This document shows, one piece after another, positions 20,075 through 29,272 of a stretch of DNA of 64,000 nucleotides; the stretch's first letter is position 1; each line of letters begins with the position of its first letter. Both the position numbers and the translations under genes were made by a program. The stretch is from IMG/VR virus record IMGVR_UViG_2713896898_000005; one strand, written 5' to 3'. Below the pieces are notes generated by a model that searched no databases, was not told where the DNA came from, and saw nothing but the letters and a program-made list of their open reading frames with translations. This stretch comes from a virus (Duplodnaviria > Heunggongvirae > Uroviricota > Caudoviricetes).

Positions 20075-21802
20075 TTACTCAGAGTCACCAGCATCAATCG
20101 TGTTACCGGTCAGGAAGTTAATTCCGCCATTTTTGGCCATAGTCAGAGTTACACGGGTGAAGTAGTCAGCACCGTTGCGTGGATGCATATCGTTGATAGC
20201 CGAACCCCACAGAGTGGTTCGGTTGACCAGTGCCGGGGTGGTTGGATGCTGGAATGGGATAGCTGGAACTGCATCACCAGTCACAAAGCCCGCTTTGCCC
20301 GGATTTTCATCACGGACGTAGCACAGCACATCCATCGGGCTGAACTGAATACCTTCGGCGGTCAGGTTCGTGCAAATACCTTCTGGTACTTCGAACACTT
20401 TGACGTTACCGAACAGAGTGCCAATGTAGTGAACGTATGGTGTCTGGATATAACCTTCTGCTGGCTGGAAGAAATCCTTCGGCAACTGTTTGAAGAAAGA
20501 TGCCGCATCAGCACCGGCATACATACCCATCGCACCAGAAGATCGAACGCGCTCAATAATGCCGCGATATACCGTCTGGAATTTGCCGCGAATGATGGTT
20601 GCCCACACATCAAAGGACTGGTTAACCGGCAGCGCAATGTCAAAGGAGTCGGTAGCCAGAGTTCGCCAGATCATGATACGAAGACGAAGCATATCCTGTT
20701 CATGGGACAGATATTCCTTCAGGGTGCGGAACTGTAGGGAACCGAGGTCAAGACCAAATTCACGCTGTGCTTCATACGCCGCCTGTACCGTGTGCTCAGC
20801 CGCGATGACGAACTGGCTTGGGAACAGGGTGTAACTCTTCATTTCGTGGTTGATAAGTGGGATCAGTTCAGGAGCGGCTTCAATATTGATCTCCGCCTCA
20901 ATGGCGATCTCTGTACCTTTATCAGGCGCTTTGGAGAACGACAGGGCAATCTGTCCAATGTTGTAATTCAGAGAGCAGGTAACAGTGATTTGTTCGCCAG
21001 CTTTGTTATTGAATGTGTGAAGCAGAGTACCGGAGCCGTTATCAACAACAGACTTAATACGGTTTACGTAGATATTTGTACGGCCTTTGCGGATCGGGAC
21101 ATTCTGGCCTTCAAAGTCTTCCATCTTGAAGGTTGCGGTTTTGCTGGTGCCATCGGAACTTGCCACCAGCACATAGCGGCGGCGCAGTTGGCTGTACACA
21201 CCAACAGATTGCATATCCAGAACATCACCCGAAGCATAAGAACCAAAAGAGGAACCCGCTACGTTAAAGATTTCATAGATTTCGGACTTGTCACGCGTAA
21301 CCGGAATGAAGGTACACGCATCAGCGGTAGCTGCCCCCAACTGAACAGGCAGGATCATCGCGAGGAATAAAGGCAGACGCATAACACCGTCAGAAACGCT
21401 CATCATCTCTGCTGCGACGGATTCCAGCATCGCTTTATTAGTGGCATCCATGCGATTTCGGGTGGACTCAATCAGGCAGTTTTCCAGCGTCTGGTGGCAG
21501 GAGGCCAGAATTTCCGGACGCGGCATAGATTTATGTGCTGCGGCGTAGTCAGCCAGTGCACTTGCCCACGCTGTAGCGATTTGAGCAGTGGCATTATCAG
21601 AGATACCTGCAAAAATCGGGTCTTTGCGTGCAGCTTCAAGGATAGATGCGGCACGCGCGGCATCATCTTTGATGAATTGGTTATCAGTACCGAACTGTGC
21701 TGTACTTGCCCAGCCAAGAACGGCTTTAGAGCGTTTTGCGATATCTGCAATACGATTCTGGTATTCGCGTAAGTTACTCAAGTTACTCTTCCTTAAACAC
21801 AA
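20075..21802 (-). CDS. 23: Major head protein
   Basis: 575-aa ORF (likely true start at a TTG after the AAGGAAG RBS, near 21781); position of P1 gene 23 next to parS. Confidence 0.6.
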   Translation of the reverse strand: MCLRKSNLSNLREYQNRIADIAKRSKAVLGWASTAQFGTDNQFIKDDAARAASILEAARKDPIFAGISDNATAQIATAWASALADYAAAHKSMPRPEILASCHQTLENCLIESTRNRMDATNKAMLESVAAEMMSVSDGVMRLPLFLAMILPVQLGAATADACTFIPVTRDKSEIYEIFNVAGSSFGSYASGDVLDMQSVGVYSQLRRRYVLVASSDGTSKTATFKMEDFEGQNVPIRKGRTNIYVNRIKSVVDNGSGTLLHTFNNKAGEQITVTCSLNYNIGQIALSFSKAPDKGTEIAIEAEINIEAAPELIPLINHEMKSYTLFPSQFVIAAEHTVQAAYEAQREFGLDLGSLQFRTLKEYLSHEQDMLRLRIMIWRTLATDSFDIALPVNQSFDVWATIIRGKFQTVYRGIIERVRSSGAMGMYAGADAASFFKQLPKDFFQPAEGYIQTPYVHYIGTLFGNVKVFEVPEGICTNLTAEGIQFSPMDVLCYVRDENPGKAGFVTGDAVPAIPFQHPTTPALVNRTTLWGSAINDMHPRNGADYFTRVTLTMAKNGGINFLTGNTIDAGDSE

Positions 21803-21829
21803 GGCACTTGTGTGAATCCCTTTTCGGAA

Positions 21830-21854
21830 GAGATTTTATTAAAAGTCACTTGTT
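21830..21854 (-). promoter_or_regulatory. Candidate late promoter for the head/sheath operon
   Basis: Minus strand reads CAACAAGTGACTTTTAATAAAAT. Confidence 0.35.
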
Positions 21855-21914
21855 GACTTTCTCGCGAAAAGTAATTTTTTATTTTTTGTAGGGATAGGGG
21901 AGGAGGGTAAAATC

Positions 21915-22003
21915 CAAGGTGAAATCGTGGCGATTTCACCTTGAAATTTTAGATGAATTTACTTTAAAAACAGATGGTTACAAATGAAATTTCAATGGCG
22001 AAA
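21915..22003. promoter_or_regulatory. parS: parS partition site
   Basis: ParB box A heptamers (ATTTCAC / GTGAAAT) and box B hexamers (TCGCCA / TGGCGA) flanking an AT-rich IHF-like core, immediately downstream of parB. Confidence 0.8.
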
Positions 22004-22005
22004 GT

Positions 22006-23007
22006 TTAAGGCTTCGGCTTTTTATCGAGGCTCTTTCTAAGGATATGCCCAATCATCCTGTCAAGTTCTTCCTGTAACTCTTTGGAGAGACGATTAAACT
22101 CATAGGAAAAGGTACGGCCTTTCACACGCTTCCTTGCGAAACGATCTTTATCCTCAAATTTCCATAATTCAGTAACTACAGACTTATCTTTAGAGCCTTT
22201 ATCCGTGAGTAACGAGGCTTCCTTTGTTATCAGGCGAAGGATTTTATTTTTCACTTCATCTTCGGCCATTTCTTCAATGGATAAGATGTCGTTTATTTCC
22301 TGGGATATGTTTTGAATAAGCTGATCAAACTCTAAATCCTTATTCCCCATTTCATCGCCAACAGCGCAAAGCGTTTTGTAGTCCGAAAAGGTTAATTCCG
22401 ACTGCACAGGGAAAAGAGCGACTAATTCTTCCGGAGCGCTCGCAGCCTGAAGAGCACGCGTGACCTTCGCCTGAGATAGCCCTTCTTTAGCGGCAATATC
22501 CTTCTGACTCATTCCATCATTTTTCATTCGCATCAAACGCAGACCTATTTCTCGAATGCTGTGCTGCAATGCTGTCTGAACGTCTTTCGCTAAATTTTGC
22601 GCTTCCTGAACGCTGATCTCCTGGTCCGTGACTAAAACCCGCAACCCTACGTTCTCTAAGATGGCAGAAGCTCGACGCCGGGAACCATCCAAAATTTCAA
22701 TTTTCCCTGTAGCCCGTCTAACACCTATTGCAGGGTAAAATTGCTGATGTTTAATGGTGCTTCTGATGCTTTTTAATGATTTTGGTGTAAGAGCTGCCTG
22801 ATCACGTCCGTTGTTATGCTGATCAACAAAGGTATCATCTTCTACCCGGTTCGGAGGGATTACCTCCTCAATGAATGTGGCCTGGCGACCTGTTGATAAC
22901 TTGAATACCTGCTCAACCCGATCACCAGAGGCAGAGGAACTATCAAATGCGCTTAATACTGAAGGATTAAGGGTTCGCCCAATTGTTGGTCTGTTTTTCT
23001 TTGACAT
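22006..23007 (-). CDS. parB: ParB partition protein
   Basis: 333-aa ORF, near-identical to remembered P1 ParB (MSKKNRPTIGRTLNPS...). Confidence 0.95.
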   Translation of the reverse strand: MSKKNRPTIGRTLNPSVLSAFDSSSASGDRVEQVFKLSTGRQATFIEEVIPPNRVEDDTFVDQHNNGRDQAALTPKSLKSIRSTIKHQQFYPAIGVRRATGKIEILDGSRRRASAILENVGLRVLVTDQEISVQEAQNLAKDVQTALQHSIREIGLRLMRMKNDGMSQKDIAAKEGLSQAKVTRALQAASAPEELVALFPVQSELTFSDYKTLCAVGDEMGNKDLEFDQLIQNISQEINDILSIEEMAEDEVKNKILRLITKEASLLTDKGSKDKSVVTELWKFEDKDRFARKRVKGRTFSYEFNRLSKELQEELDRMIGHILRKSLDKKPKP

Positions 23008-23023
23008 GGCGTTTTCTTACTCC

Positions 23024-24220
23024 TTAGTTAGATCTGATAAATTCAATACGGTCAAAAACTGCTTTTGCAAAATCTTCAGCGGCGATACGCGCGTTCTTCA
23101 GTGCGTCAGCACTACCAACATACGTTGCCGGATTAGCAGAAATAACAGTGTCAAAGGACTCGCCGCAGCGTTCGAAACCATCAAGGCGAGGGAGGACGAC
23201 ATCGAGCATATCCCCACCGAAAACTTCTTTCGCCAGGCTATGGCAATACTTATGGTCTGCCTTGTTACTCAACTTGGACATAAAACCAATGTTAGTCGCA
23301 AGCTGGCACTCGCAGCCTTCATCCGAAATGAGTTTCACCAACTCAGGAAGGCGGGCAACGTATTTAAGCGATGAGTGGAAATCGACCGTTGCTGGTGGCA
23401 GAGGTGTAAACAGTATATTGGCCGAGGCCAAAGCATTTTTCAGGAAGGCGTCAAGGTGAGGACCACTATCAACGAGGATAAAATCATAATCGCTCTTCAG
23501 CTTATCAATCACATTTTCTTTCAGGACAGCATGGATGTTCTGACCCGGTAGATGCTCATTGCACAGCTCTCTCCAATCGGATGCAATAAAGGCATCGTCA
23601 ATCGACGCAGGCATAACGTCAACCCCAGGTACAACAGAAGGAACAATAAACTCCTCTAACAGCTCTTCACGGCTTACATTCTGCAACATAGCCTGTGCAG
23701 ATGTTGCGTTTACGATACCAATAGAGTGTTTATGGCTTAAAAACATCGTTGCTGAAGATTGCGGATCAAGGTCAATAACCAGAATCCTTAAATCTTCCAT
23801 CAGAAGATGAGGGTGGGCACGCATTGCATGCGCCAGAGAAACCGTCGATACAGTTTTTGACACACCGCCTTTAAGATTGGAGATGAAAATAACATACGCT
23901 TCGCTGTAGCGATCCCGGTATTTTGGCACTCCGCGATGTTCATATATATCAATGATGTTCTGAATTGACATCGCATATTTCATTGAAGAGCCAGCAGGGC
24001 GTTTATCGAAAACATAACCCTTTTCTTCCATTTCACTTACGGCATAGTCAACGTTCGCTCGAGTCAGTAGAGGCAATTTTGCCAGTGCCGCTTTCGCATA
24101 GACCTGGTAAAACTCGTTCGCGTGTAGCTCATCCTTTTGCAACTGTACTTGTTCAGTCAGAACATTGAGCATTCTGTTTGCTCTTTGAGCAACCTTGTGA
24201 AGCTGGCTGGAATCACTCAT
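23024..24220 (-). CDS. parA: ParA partition ATPase
   Basis: 398-aa ORF; deviant Walker A KGGVSKT; P1 ParA length. Confidence 0.95.
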   Translation of the reverse strand: MSDSSQLHKVAQRANRMLNVLTEQVQLQKDELHANEFYQVYAKAALAKLPLLTRANVDYAVSEMEEKGYVFDKRPAGSSMKYAMSIQNIIDIYEHRGVPKYRDRYSEAYVIFISNLKGGVSKTVSTVSLAHAMRAHPHLLMEDLRILVIDLDPQSSATMFLSHKHSIGIVNATSAQAMLQNVSREELLEEFIVPSVVPGVDVMPASIDDAFIASDWRELCNEHLPGQNIHAVLKENVIDKLKSDYDFILVDSGPHLDAFLKNALASANILFTPLPPATVDFHSSLKYVARLPELVKLISDEGCECQLATNIGFMSKLSNKADHKYCHSLAKEVFGGDMLDVVLPRLDGFERCGESFDTVISANPATYVGSADALKNARIAAEDFAKAVFDRIEFIRSN

Positions 24221-24360
24221 CGAAAGTCATCCTTTATGCTGTATTTTTGAATTTAATTAAAAATGCTACATAAAATAATAATGTATGCGCAGATGCTTGT
24301 ACATAGCATTCTCTGCATGTTTGGTTCATTTTGCACGATTGAGCGTTGCAAGGAGGGCAC

Positions 24361-24381
24361 AAAAAAGCCCCGTTCAGGGGC
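24361..24381 (-). terminator. Rho-independent terminator after the T5orf172-like gene
   Basis: Minus strand GCCCCTGAACGGGGC followed by TTTTTT. Confidence 0.6.
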
Positions 24382-24388
24382 ATCAGTG

Positions 24389-25198
24389 TTATTTGCTAAG
24401 AGCAGCGAATAATCGTTCGAAATCGATAGTATCTATAGCACGCGTAAGCGCCGGAAGTTCAGCCTCAAAGTACCCGTGTCGATCGTAAAAGAAGGGACCG
24501 AAGAGCGAGGCATGTTGGATTCTACTTCGCCCCAGCCCGGACACACAGTTAAGCCCATTACCGGTTAAAAGGCTAAAAAACTTCTCTGGATTATCGTGGT
24601 AAAGCTGGGAATCAATGGTGGCGGTTAACTCTTCCATAGGGAAGCACACCCGCCCTGTCTCCCAGGGATATTTAGTCCGAAGCATAAACATTGCTTTCAG
24701 CAATTCACATTGAGCGCGGATCGCGTCCGGGTCATAGCCAGATATGGAGACATAAGCCACGTCCCTCATTCCTGCGTCATCTTTGAAAGTCACGATAGAA
24801 GTAACATCCAGTTCTTTTTCGAAAGAGCGAGCAGCATCTACTGGACGCTGAAGTAAATCATTCGACTTAATGAGCTCGAGAATCCCTCCCCACATATCAT
24901 TTAGATATTCGATATGAGCCAAAACCTTATCAAGACACTCTCGTGTAAACCATTCAGTATACCCGCCACCGGCGCTTTTCTCCCACGGCGCATTCCAGGG
25001 GAAAAAGGTTGCGTGTAAAGCCCGCTCAAGATTAACCATTGCCAAACGCGTACCACGATAGATTCGTGAAAGCGCAATATCGGGACTCACTTGTAGCCCT
25101 TTAAACCGTGCCAATGGACCACATGAAATGCCGATTTTAAAAGTATCTCCGTTCTCCGGCACCAGAATGTAGAGGTAGTGTTGTTTCTCTTCTTGCAT
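24389..25198 (-). CDS. T5orf172 (GIY-YIG-like) domain protein
   Basis: 269-aa ORF; N-terminal YLYILVPENGDTFKIGIS...RFKGLQ...GGYTEWF pattern typical of T5orf172/GIY-YIG-like domains; about 170-aa C-terminal region of unknown type. Confidence 0.6.
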   Translation of the reverse strand: MQEEKQHYLYILVPENGDTFKIGISCGPLARFKGLQVSPDIALSRIYRGTRLAMVNLERALHATFFPWNAPWEKSAGGGYTEWFTRECLDKVLAHIEYLNDMWGGILELIKSNDLLQRPVDAARSFEKELDVTSIVTFKDDAGMRDVAYVSISGYDPDAIRAQCELLKAMFMLRTKYPWETGRVCFPMEELTATIDSQLYHDNPEKFFSLLTGNGLNCVSGLGRSRIQHASLFGPFFYDRHGYFEAELPALTRAIDTIDFERLFAALSK

Positions 25199-25229
25199 AT
25201 CAATACCACTGCTTGATGAGAACCGCGCA

Positions 25230-25490
25230 AATGTTGACTATGCGCGAAGGTTAATGTGAATAGTTGACTATGCGCGATATGACCACAGTCAAAAGTTGAC
25301 TGTAGTCGATTTAACTCCACCAAAGATCGACTATGTAAGATATTGTCGGGAGAAACGTTGACTATACGCGATGAAATGACCCTAAAAGCCATCTCAATAG
25401 CGACTTGCAGAATATTGACGCCAGCAAAAATCCACCAGCGTCAACGAATGTCGCCTATAGTCAACTTCTCGCTATCGCATATAGTCAATA
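25230..25490. repeat. incA: incA-like iteron array (about 8 copies, two orientations)
   Basis: Repeats of TTGACTAT(G/A)CGCGA(T) in one orientation and CGC(C/A)TATAGTCAA in the other, immediately downstream of the repA stop. Confidence 0.75.
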
Positions 25491-26411
25491 TTATGGATTG
25501 CGCTTATGGATCTGGAAGCCGATTTTCCTGCCGTTTTTTATCTCTGAAAATTTAAGATATTCAATAGCTTCCAAATCTTTCATGGCTTTTCTGATAACGC
25601 TATTTTGCACGCTAACGGATGATTTGAGGTTAAGCCTTGCTCTAAGGCGCTCAATGCTGACAGGTGCTGGGTTGGCAGGTAGAGCCTCAAAGAATGTATA
25701 CAGTACCTTGGCCGTCTCTTTGCGCCCGAGCTTATCCAGCATCTTCAGCTTCAGGATTCGCTTATAGTCAACATAGTAAAGTTCAGATAGCTGTTTCTGC
25801 GGCTGGATCTCGATAACATCAAGCTCGGTATTCAGGCTGCTATATGCCAACAAGTTGACGTTAATGTTATTGAGATGACCTTTTGCCGCCGGGAAGCGGA
25901 ATTTGACAACTGTCTGCTGAATGCGTGTCAGAGAGTCATCAATACTTTTACGGAACGCCTTTGAAAGGCGCTTACGTGGATAGCCGCATCGATCGGCAAA
26001 CTCGGAGAATGGCAGGGTAATTATACCGTCATCATCAGGTGCATAGTCAAACAACGCGGAGGTTATGCCCACCCACACCTTAAAATCAGTATCCATATCC
26101 AGGCGTGGACCATGAATTTCAATTCCCTCATAGCCTTCCTGCTCAACAATTTTGAGGCTTGATAGTTCTTCGGTTGCGTTCGTTGTGTTTGTAGTAACTG
26201 ACGATCCGCGACGTAGTGCCACATTGGTAGATTTTAAGGTTGGCACAAACACACCTAAGCGCAACAAAGCGATGGGTTGTATAGTGCTGTTGTTATTGGG
26301 TTTCAGGCTGTGGATTTCTCCTGTATTTCCTGCAACTTCTTCAACGCTAAGGAAGCCTTTACTTTCTTCCGGCATCGTGGTTTCTCCATGTGTGGCGCGG
26401 CCTGACGTCAA
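25491..26411 (-). CDS. repA: RepA plasmid replication initiator (P1 RepA family, divergent)
   Basis: ORF flanked by iteron arrays; blocks shared with P1 RepA (QPIALLRLGVFVP, GPRLDMDTDFKVW); true start probably an internal Met. Confidence 0.85.
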   Translation of the reverse strand: MTSGRATHGETTMPEESKGFLSVEEVAGNTGEIHSLKPNNNSTIQPIALLRLGVFVPTLKSTNVALRRGSSVTTNTTNATEELSSLKIVEQEGYEGIEIHGPRLDMDTDFKVWVGITSALFDYAPDDDGIITLPFSEFADRCGYPRKRLSKAFRKSIDDSLTRIQQTVVKFRFPAAKGHLNNINVNLLAYSSLNTELDVIEIQPQKQLSELYYVDYKRILKLKMLDKLGRKETAKVLYTFFEALPANPAPVSIERLRARLNLKSSVSVQNSVIRKAMKDLEAIEYLKFSEIKNGRKIGFQIHKRNP

Positions 26412-26454
26412 TTTGGATGGCTGTTATCAACAGCTGTGAATATTCAGGCTTTAA

Positions 26455-26557
26455 AATCGCGTACAGTCAATGTTTATATCGCGTATAGTCAACATAAAAT
26501 CGCGTGTAGTCAACAATAAATCGTGTACAGTCAACATAAAATCGCATATAGTCAATG
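26455..26557. repeat. incC: incC-like iterons (5 direct repeats, about 21-bp period) with repA promoter
   Basis: ATCGCGTA(C/T)AGTCAA(C/T)(A/G) x5. Confidence 0.8.
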
Positions 26558-26700
26558 TTGATCACGTTTCAGGCCAGACATGGCGCGGCCTGCAGCGATC
26601 CGGGATCTTATTTGGATCTTCTAGGGTTCTCTTTTGGATCTGTTTATTGGATCTATGCTGTGGATAAGTTGAATAAACCGGCCAACAAAGCCGGTTGGAA
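26558..26700. promoter_or_regulatory. oriR: oriR plasmid replication origin
   Basis: Cluster of GATC (Dam) sites at about 7-14-bp spacing, DnaA box TGTGGATAA, adjacent to incC iterons. Confidence 0.7.
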
Positions 26701-26710
26701 GGAAGCCGTA

Positions 26711-27103
26711 TTATTCTACGCTTTCGATGAGAAGACCATGTTCATAGCATTTAAGCTCATCGCCCTCGTACAGGAATTGGTATCCAATACCACCATATTC
26801 AGGCACATTAGGGAATAACTCATCACTTACCGAAGAACAAATCACACCAATGCAGCGATCAACGCCTTCTCGTTCTTCAGTGCTGAAAAAATCCTCTTCG
26901 GTAAGAACATGAGTACATTGCTCATCAGCATAGGTCGGAAATACATGCTCGATACAATCTGGATGTTTTAAACCAAGCTGATCGGCAAGCTCGAAAGCAT
27001 GACGGTATTGTTCAGATCCTGGCTTGCCAACAGTGATTTGCTCAATTTTGTAGATTGAAGTCGCTTTGTTGATAGTTTGCTTTACTGTTACTTTATCAGA
27101 CAT
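26711..27103 (-). CDS. Hypothetical protein (upfA-like position)
   Basis: 130-aa ORF next to oriR. Confidence 0.45.
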   Translation of the reverse strand: MSDKVTVKQTINKATSIYKIEQITVGKPGSEQYRHAFELADQLGLKHPDCIEHVFPTYADEQCTHVLTEEDFFSTEEREGVDRCIGVICSSVSDELFPNVPEYGGIGYQFLYEGDELKCYEHGLLIESVE

Positions 27104-27114
27104 AAAAATCCCTT

Positions 27115-27441
27115 TTAGTTACCGCTGATAGCGCGGTTGTAATCATTAACGTTGCGATTCTTCCTGTTAATCCCCATCAGCATCGTTTCTGTATCAAGGA
27201 TATAGGCTGGCAGATCATCAAAATATTCACTGCTAAACTCTGGCATCCTGCACATAAATGCACTTTTGGGGGCAGGGTGATTAACCTTTGTCGGCGTTAA
27301 ATTCGCTGATCGACTCCCGGAGCAACCGCTGAGTGTCAACAGGAATGCGCTGGCGAACATTACCCGCCGCAACAAGTTGTTTCTGAACTTCAGCTTTTCG
27401 TTCCATTTGCCTGTCAGCATACTTGGCTTGTTCTGATTCAT
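27115..27441 (-). CDS. Putative o-spanin lipoprotein, overlapping the i-spanin gene
   Basis: Lipobox LLTLSGC after an internal Met; Pro-rich mature part; out-of-frame overlap with the upstream coiled-coil gene (Rz/Rz1-like architecture). Confidence 0.5.
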   Translation of the reverse strand: MNQNKPSMLTGKWNEKLKFRNNLLRRVMFASAFLLTLSGCSGSRSANLTPTKVNHPAPKSAFMCRMPEFSSEYFDDLPAYILDTETMLMGINRKNRNVNDYNRAISGN

Positions 27442-27697
27442 TTTTCACTTCCTGGCTGTGAAAATGTTGCTCTGCTTTGTTCATCGTCTCAATGGTCTGG
27501 TTAAGATCCATTATTGACTTATCACGTTCCTTAACAGCCTGATCAAGACTGCCAATTTTCTCCATGGCTTGCTTTAGCTGATGACGTTCCCATGCAAACC
27601 CAGCACCAACGAGTGCGCAAATCAGGACAAGAACACCAGTAACAGCAAGTTTCTCCTTCAAAGACAAAGCTGTTTTTAACGTTGAAAAAAACGACAT
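27281..27697 (-). CDS. Putative i-spanin (N-terminal TM helix plus periplasmic coiled coil)
   Basis: 138-aa ORF; TM segment VTGVLVLICALVGAGFAW; charged coiled-coil remainder; AGGAGG RBS. Confidence 0.55.
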   Translation of the reverse strand: MSFFSTLKTALSLKEKLAVTGVLVLICALVGAGFAWERHQLKQAMEKIGSLDQAVKERDKSIMDLNQTIETMNKAEQHFHSQEVKNESEQAKYADRQMERKAEVQKQLVAAGNVRQRIPVDTQRLLRESISEFNADKG

Positions 27698-27716
27698 TTC
27701 TTCCTCCTGAAGAAAA

Positions 27717-27740
27717 ATTATCTGTGAAGTCCTTTGTTAA
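27717..27740 (-). promoter_or_regulatory. Candidate late promoter for the spanin genes
   Basis: Minus strand reads AACAAAGGACTTCACAGATAAT. Confidence 0.3.
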
Positions 27741-28582
27741 AGTGTCGCCTTGTTTAATTCATCAAGAACAGAATCAGGAACCAAAGCTGCGACTGCGCTG
27801 GCGGTGCTGGCCTTATTTGCTGATGCTTCCGCCAGCGCGGTTCCGATAGCATGGTTATAAGCAGTTATGGCTACGCTGGCGCTTTCCTTCGCTCGTTCAT
27901 ACTGCTGTTGCAATGCAACTGTGGGCGCTGTTGTTTGGTTGAAAACTACCCCAAACTGTTCAGTTGCTACTTTCAGAGCCTCAATTTGCTTTTCTGTTAG
28001 TGCTGGTGGGGGAGTGGCAGTGCCGCCGCCTGAACTAGTGCCTGACGAACTTCCTGAGCCAGTGTTAATGGTCTGGTTAATCTCCCCCATAGCAGCGACT
28101 AAACTTGATGTATTAAGCGCGTTTACAGCGTCCTCAAGCGATTTAGTAATAGTCACATCACCAATGGCAATAGAGATCAGCAGTTCTGATACTTCTCGCT
28201 CATTAGCACGGCAGTAAACATCCCAACCAATATCGAGTTGAAGCAGCATTGACAGATCTGCATAACCAGCCAACAGGTCCGCGTGCTTAGTTGCCAGTTC
28301 TCCAATGTTCGTTAAGCCGGTTGTGGTTGTTCTGATCGTTGAAACATAGCTGGTAATAGTGTCGGGATAGACAATTGTATCCAAAATTAATCCGGTCAAT
28401 TCTTCTGCAAGCTGTTTTGCTGTGTTAGCGCTGTTTCGTGCCGATGTTATGGCACCAGGTGTTTTCATCCCACCGGCTGCGGCCAATTTTTTATATGCGG
28501 ATAACTGGTAGTCTTTTTCCAGCATGATATCTCCTAACTTACCTGAACCAGGGCGTCTCCTGACGCTACGGTAGAGCCGCAT
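27737..28582 (-). CDS. Hypothetical protein with Gly/Ser/Thr-rich linker
   Basis: 281-aa ORF. Confidence 0.45.
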   Translation of the reverse strand: MRLYRSVRRRPGSGKLGDIMLEKDYQLSAYKKLAAAGGMKTPGAITSARNSANTAKQLAEELTGLILDTIVYPDTITSYVSTIRTTTTGLTNIGELATKHADLLAGYADLSMLLQLDIGWDVYCRANEREVSELLISIAIGDVTITKSLEDAVNALNTSSLVAAMGEINQTINTGSGSSSGTSSGGGTATPPPALTEKQIEALKVATEQFGVVFNQTTAPTVALQQQYERAKESASVAITAYNHAIGTALAEASANKASTASAVAALVPDSVLDELNKATL

Positions 28583-28818
28583 GAAACAGGGTCACCAACG
28601 CATACGACCCCTTTACCATTGACGGTAAACCATGCCCTGGTTGATATAGCTTGCCCACCGTGCGTACTGTTTCCATCGGTATGCTGTGCATATTGCTTAC
28701 CATCAACTAACACTTCGACTCCGTTGACTTTAAGTAGTGGTTCACTCTCTACAGGAGGTCTGGATGGGAATCCTCCGTGCCCCGAACAAATGCTGTCTTT
28801 TGTTGCAATACTTGCCAC
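28534..28818 (-). CDS. Small Gly/Cys/His-rich protein (possibly PAAR-like)
   Basis: 94-aa ORF; ...CSGHGG...HTDGNSTHGG...VCVGDPVSCG...; assignment tentative. Confidence 0.35.
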   Translation of the reverse strand: MASIATKDSICSGHGGFPSRPPVESEPLLKVNGVEVLVDGKQYAQHTDGNSTHGGQAISTRAWFTVNGKGVVCVGDPVSCGSTVASGDALVQVS

Positions 28819-28899
28819 GTCATCACCAATGATTTGCTCTGATTTTCGTTATTTTAACTTAGGTTGTTTGTGGTCTACATGGCATTCACTTACTGTAAA

Positions 28900-28916
28900 A
28901 TTGCTCTAATAAATAT
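28900..28916 (+). promoter_or_regulatory. C1 operator upstream of the uhr-hrdC-dmt operon
   Basis: ATTGCTCTAATAAATAT, 16/17 to consensus. Confidence 0.7.
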
Positions 28917-29272
28917 TGTTTTTTATGTCGTGTTTTCGGTACTATTCAGCCATCGCCCTTCAATGGGCATTTGTTTGGAGTCGTCAGATGCAGATGGAGC
29001 TAATAAGCCGCAAGGAGTTCGATAGCCGTGTAACCAGCGGTGAACTCGACAACTTGCAGGCTATCAAGGTGAAAGAAGGCTTTTGCCTCATTGGGAATCA
29101 GAGCGGAACAAATCGCGTTTTTATGCTTCGCCGTACGGATTTGAAGCCATTTGTCTGGAAGAACGAAATTGGTCCCAGCTCATACGCTCAAACGAGGGGG
29201 GGCCACAACCTGGCATTTTTCTACAAAGACGAGCTTTCTGTGGTTGATATTCAAGGGTTACAACATGTTTAA
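28916..29272 (+). CDS. Hypothetical protein upstream of hrdC (uhr-like)
   Basis: ORF between the C1 operator and hrdC; real start probably an internal Met. Confidence 0.4.
   Translation: MFFMSCFRYYSAIALQWAFVWSRQMQMELISRKEFDSRVTSGELDNLQAIKVKEGFCLIGNQSGTNRVFMLRRTDLKPFVWKNEIGPSSYAQTRGGHNLAFFYKDELSVVDIQGLQHV

Noticed and set aside
25230-26560. Two arrays of short direct and inverted repeats that could be mistaken for a CRISPR array
   Set aside because: Repeats are 15-19 bp with irregular short spacers, occur in both orientations, and flank a RepA gene next to a GATC/DnaA-box origin; these are replicon iterons (incA/incC).
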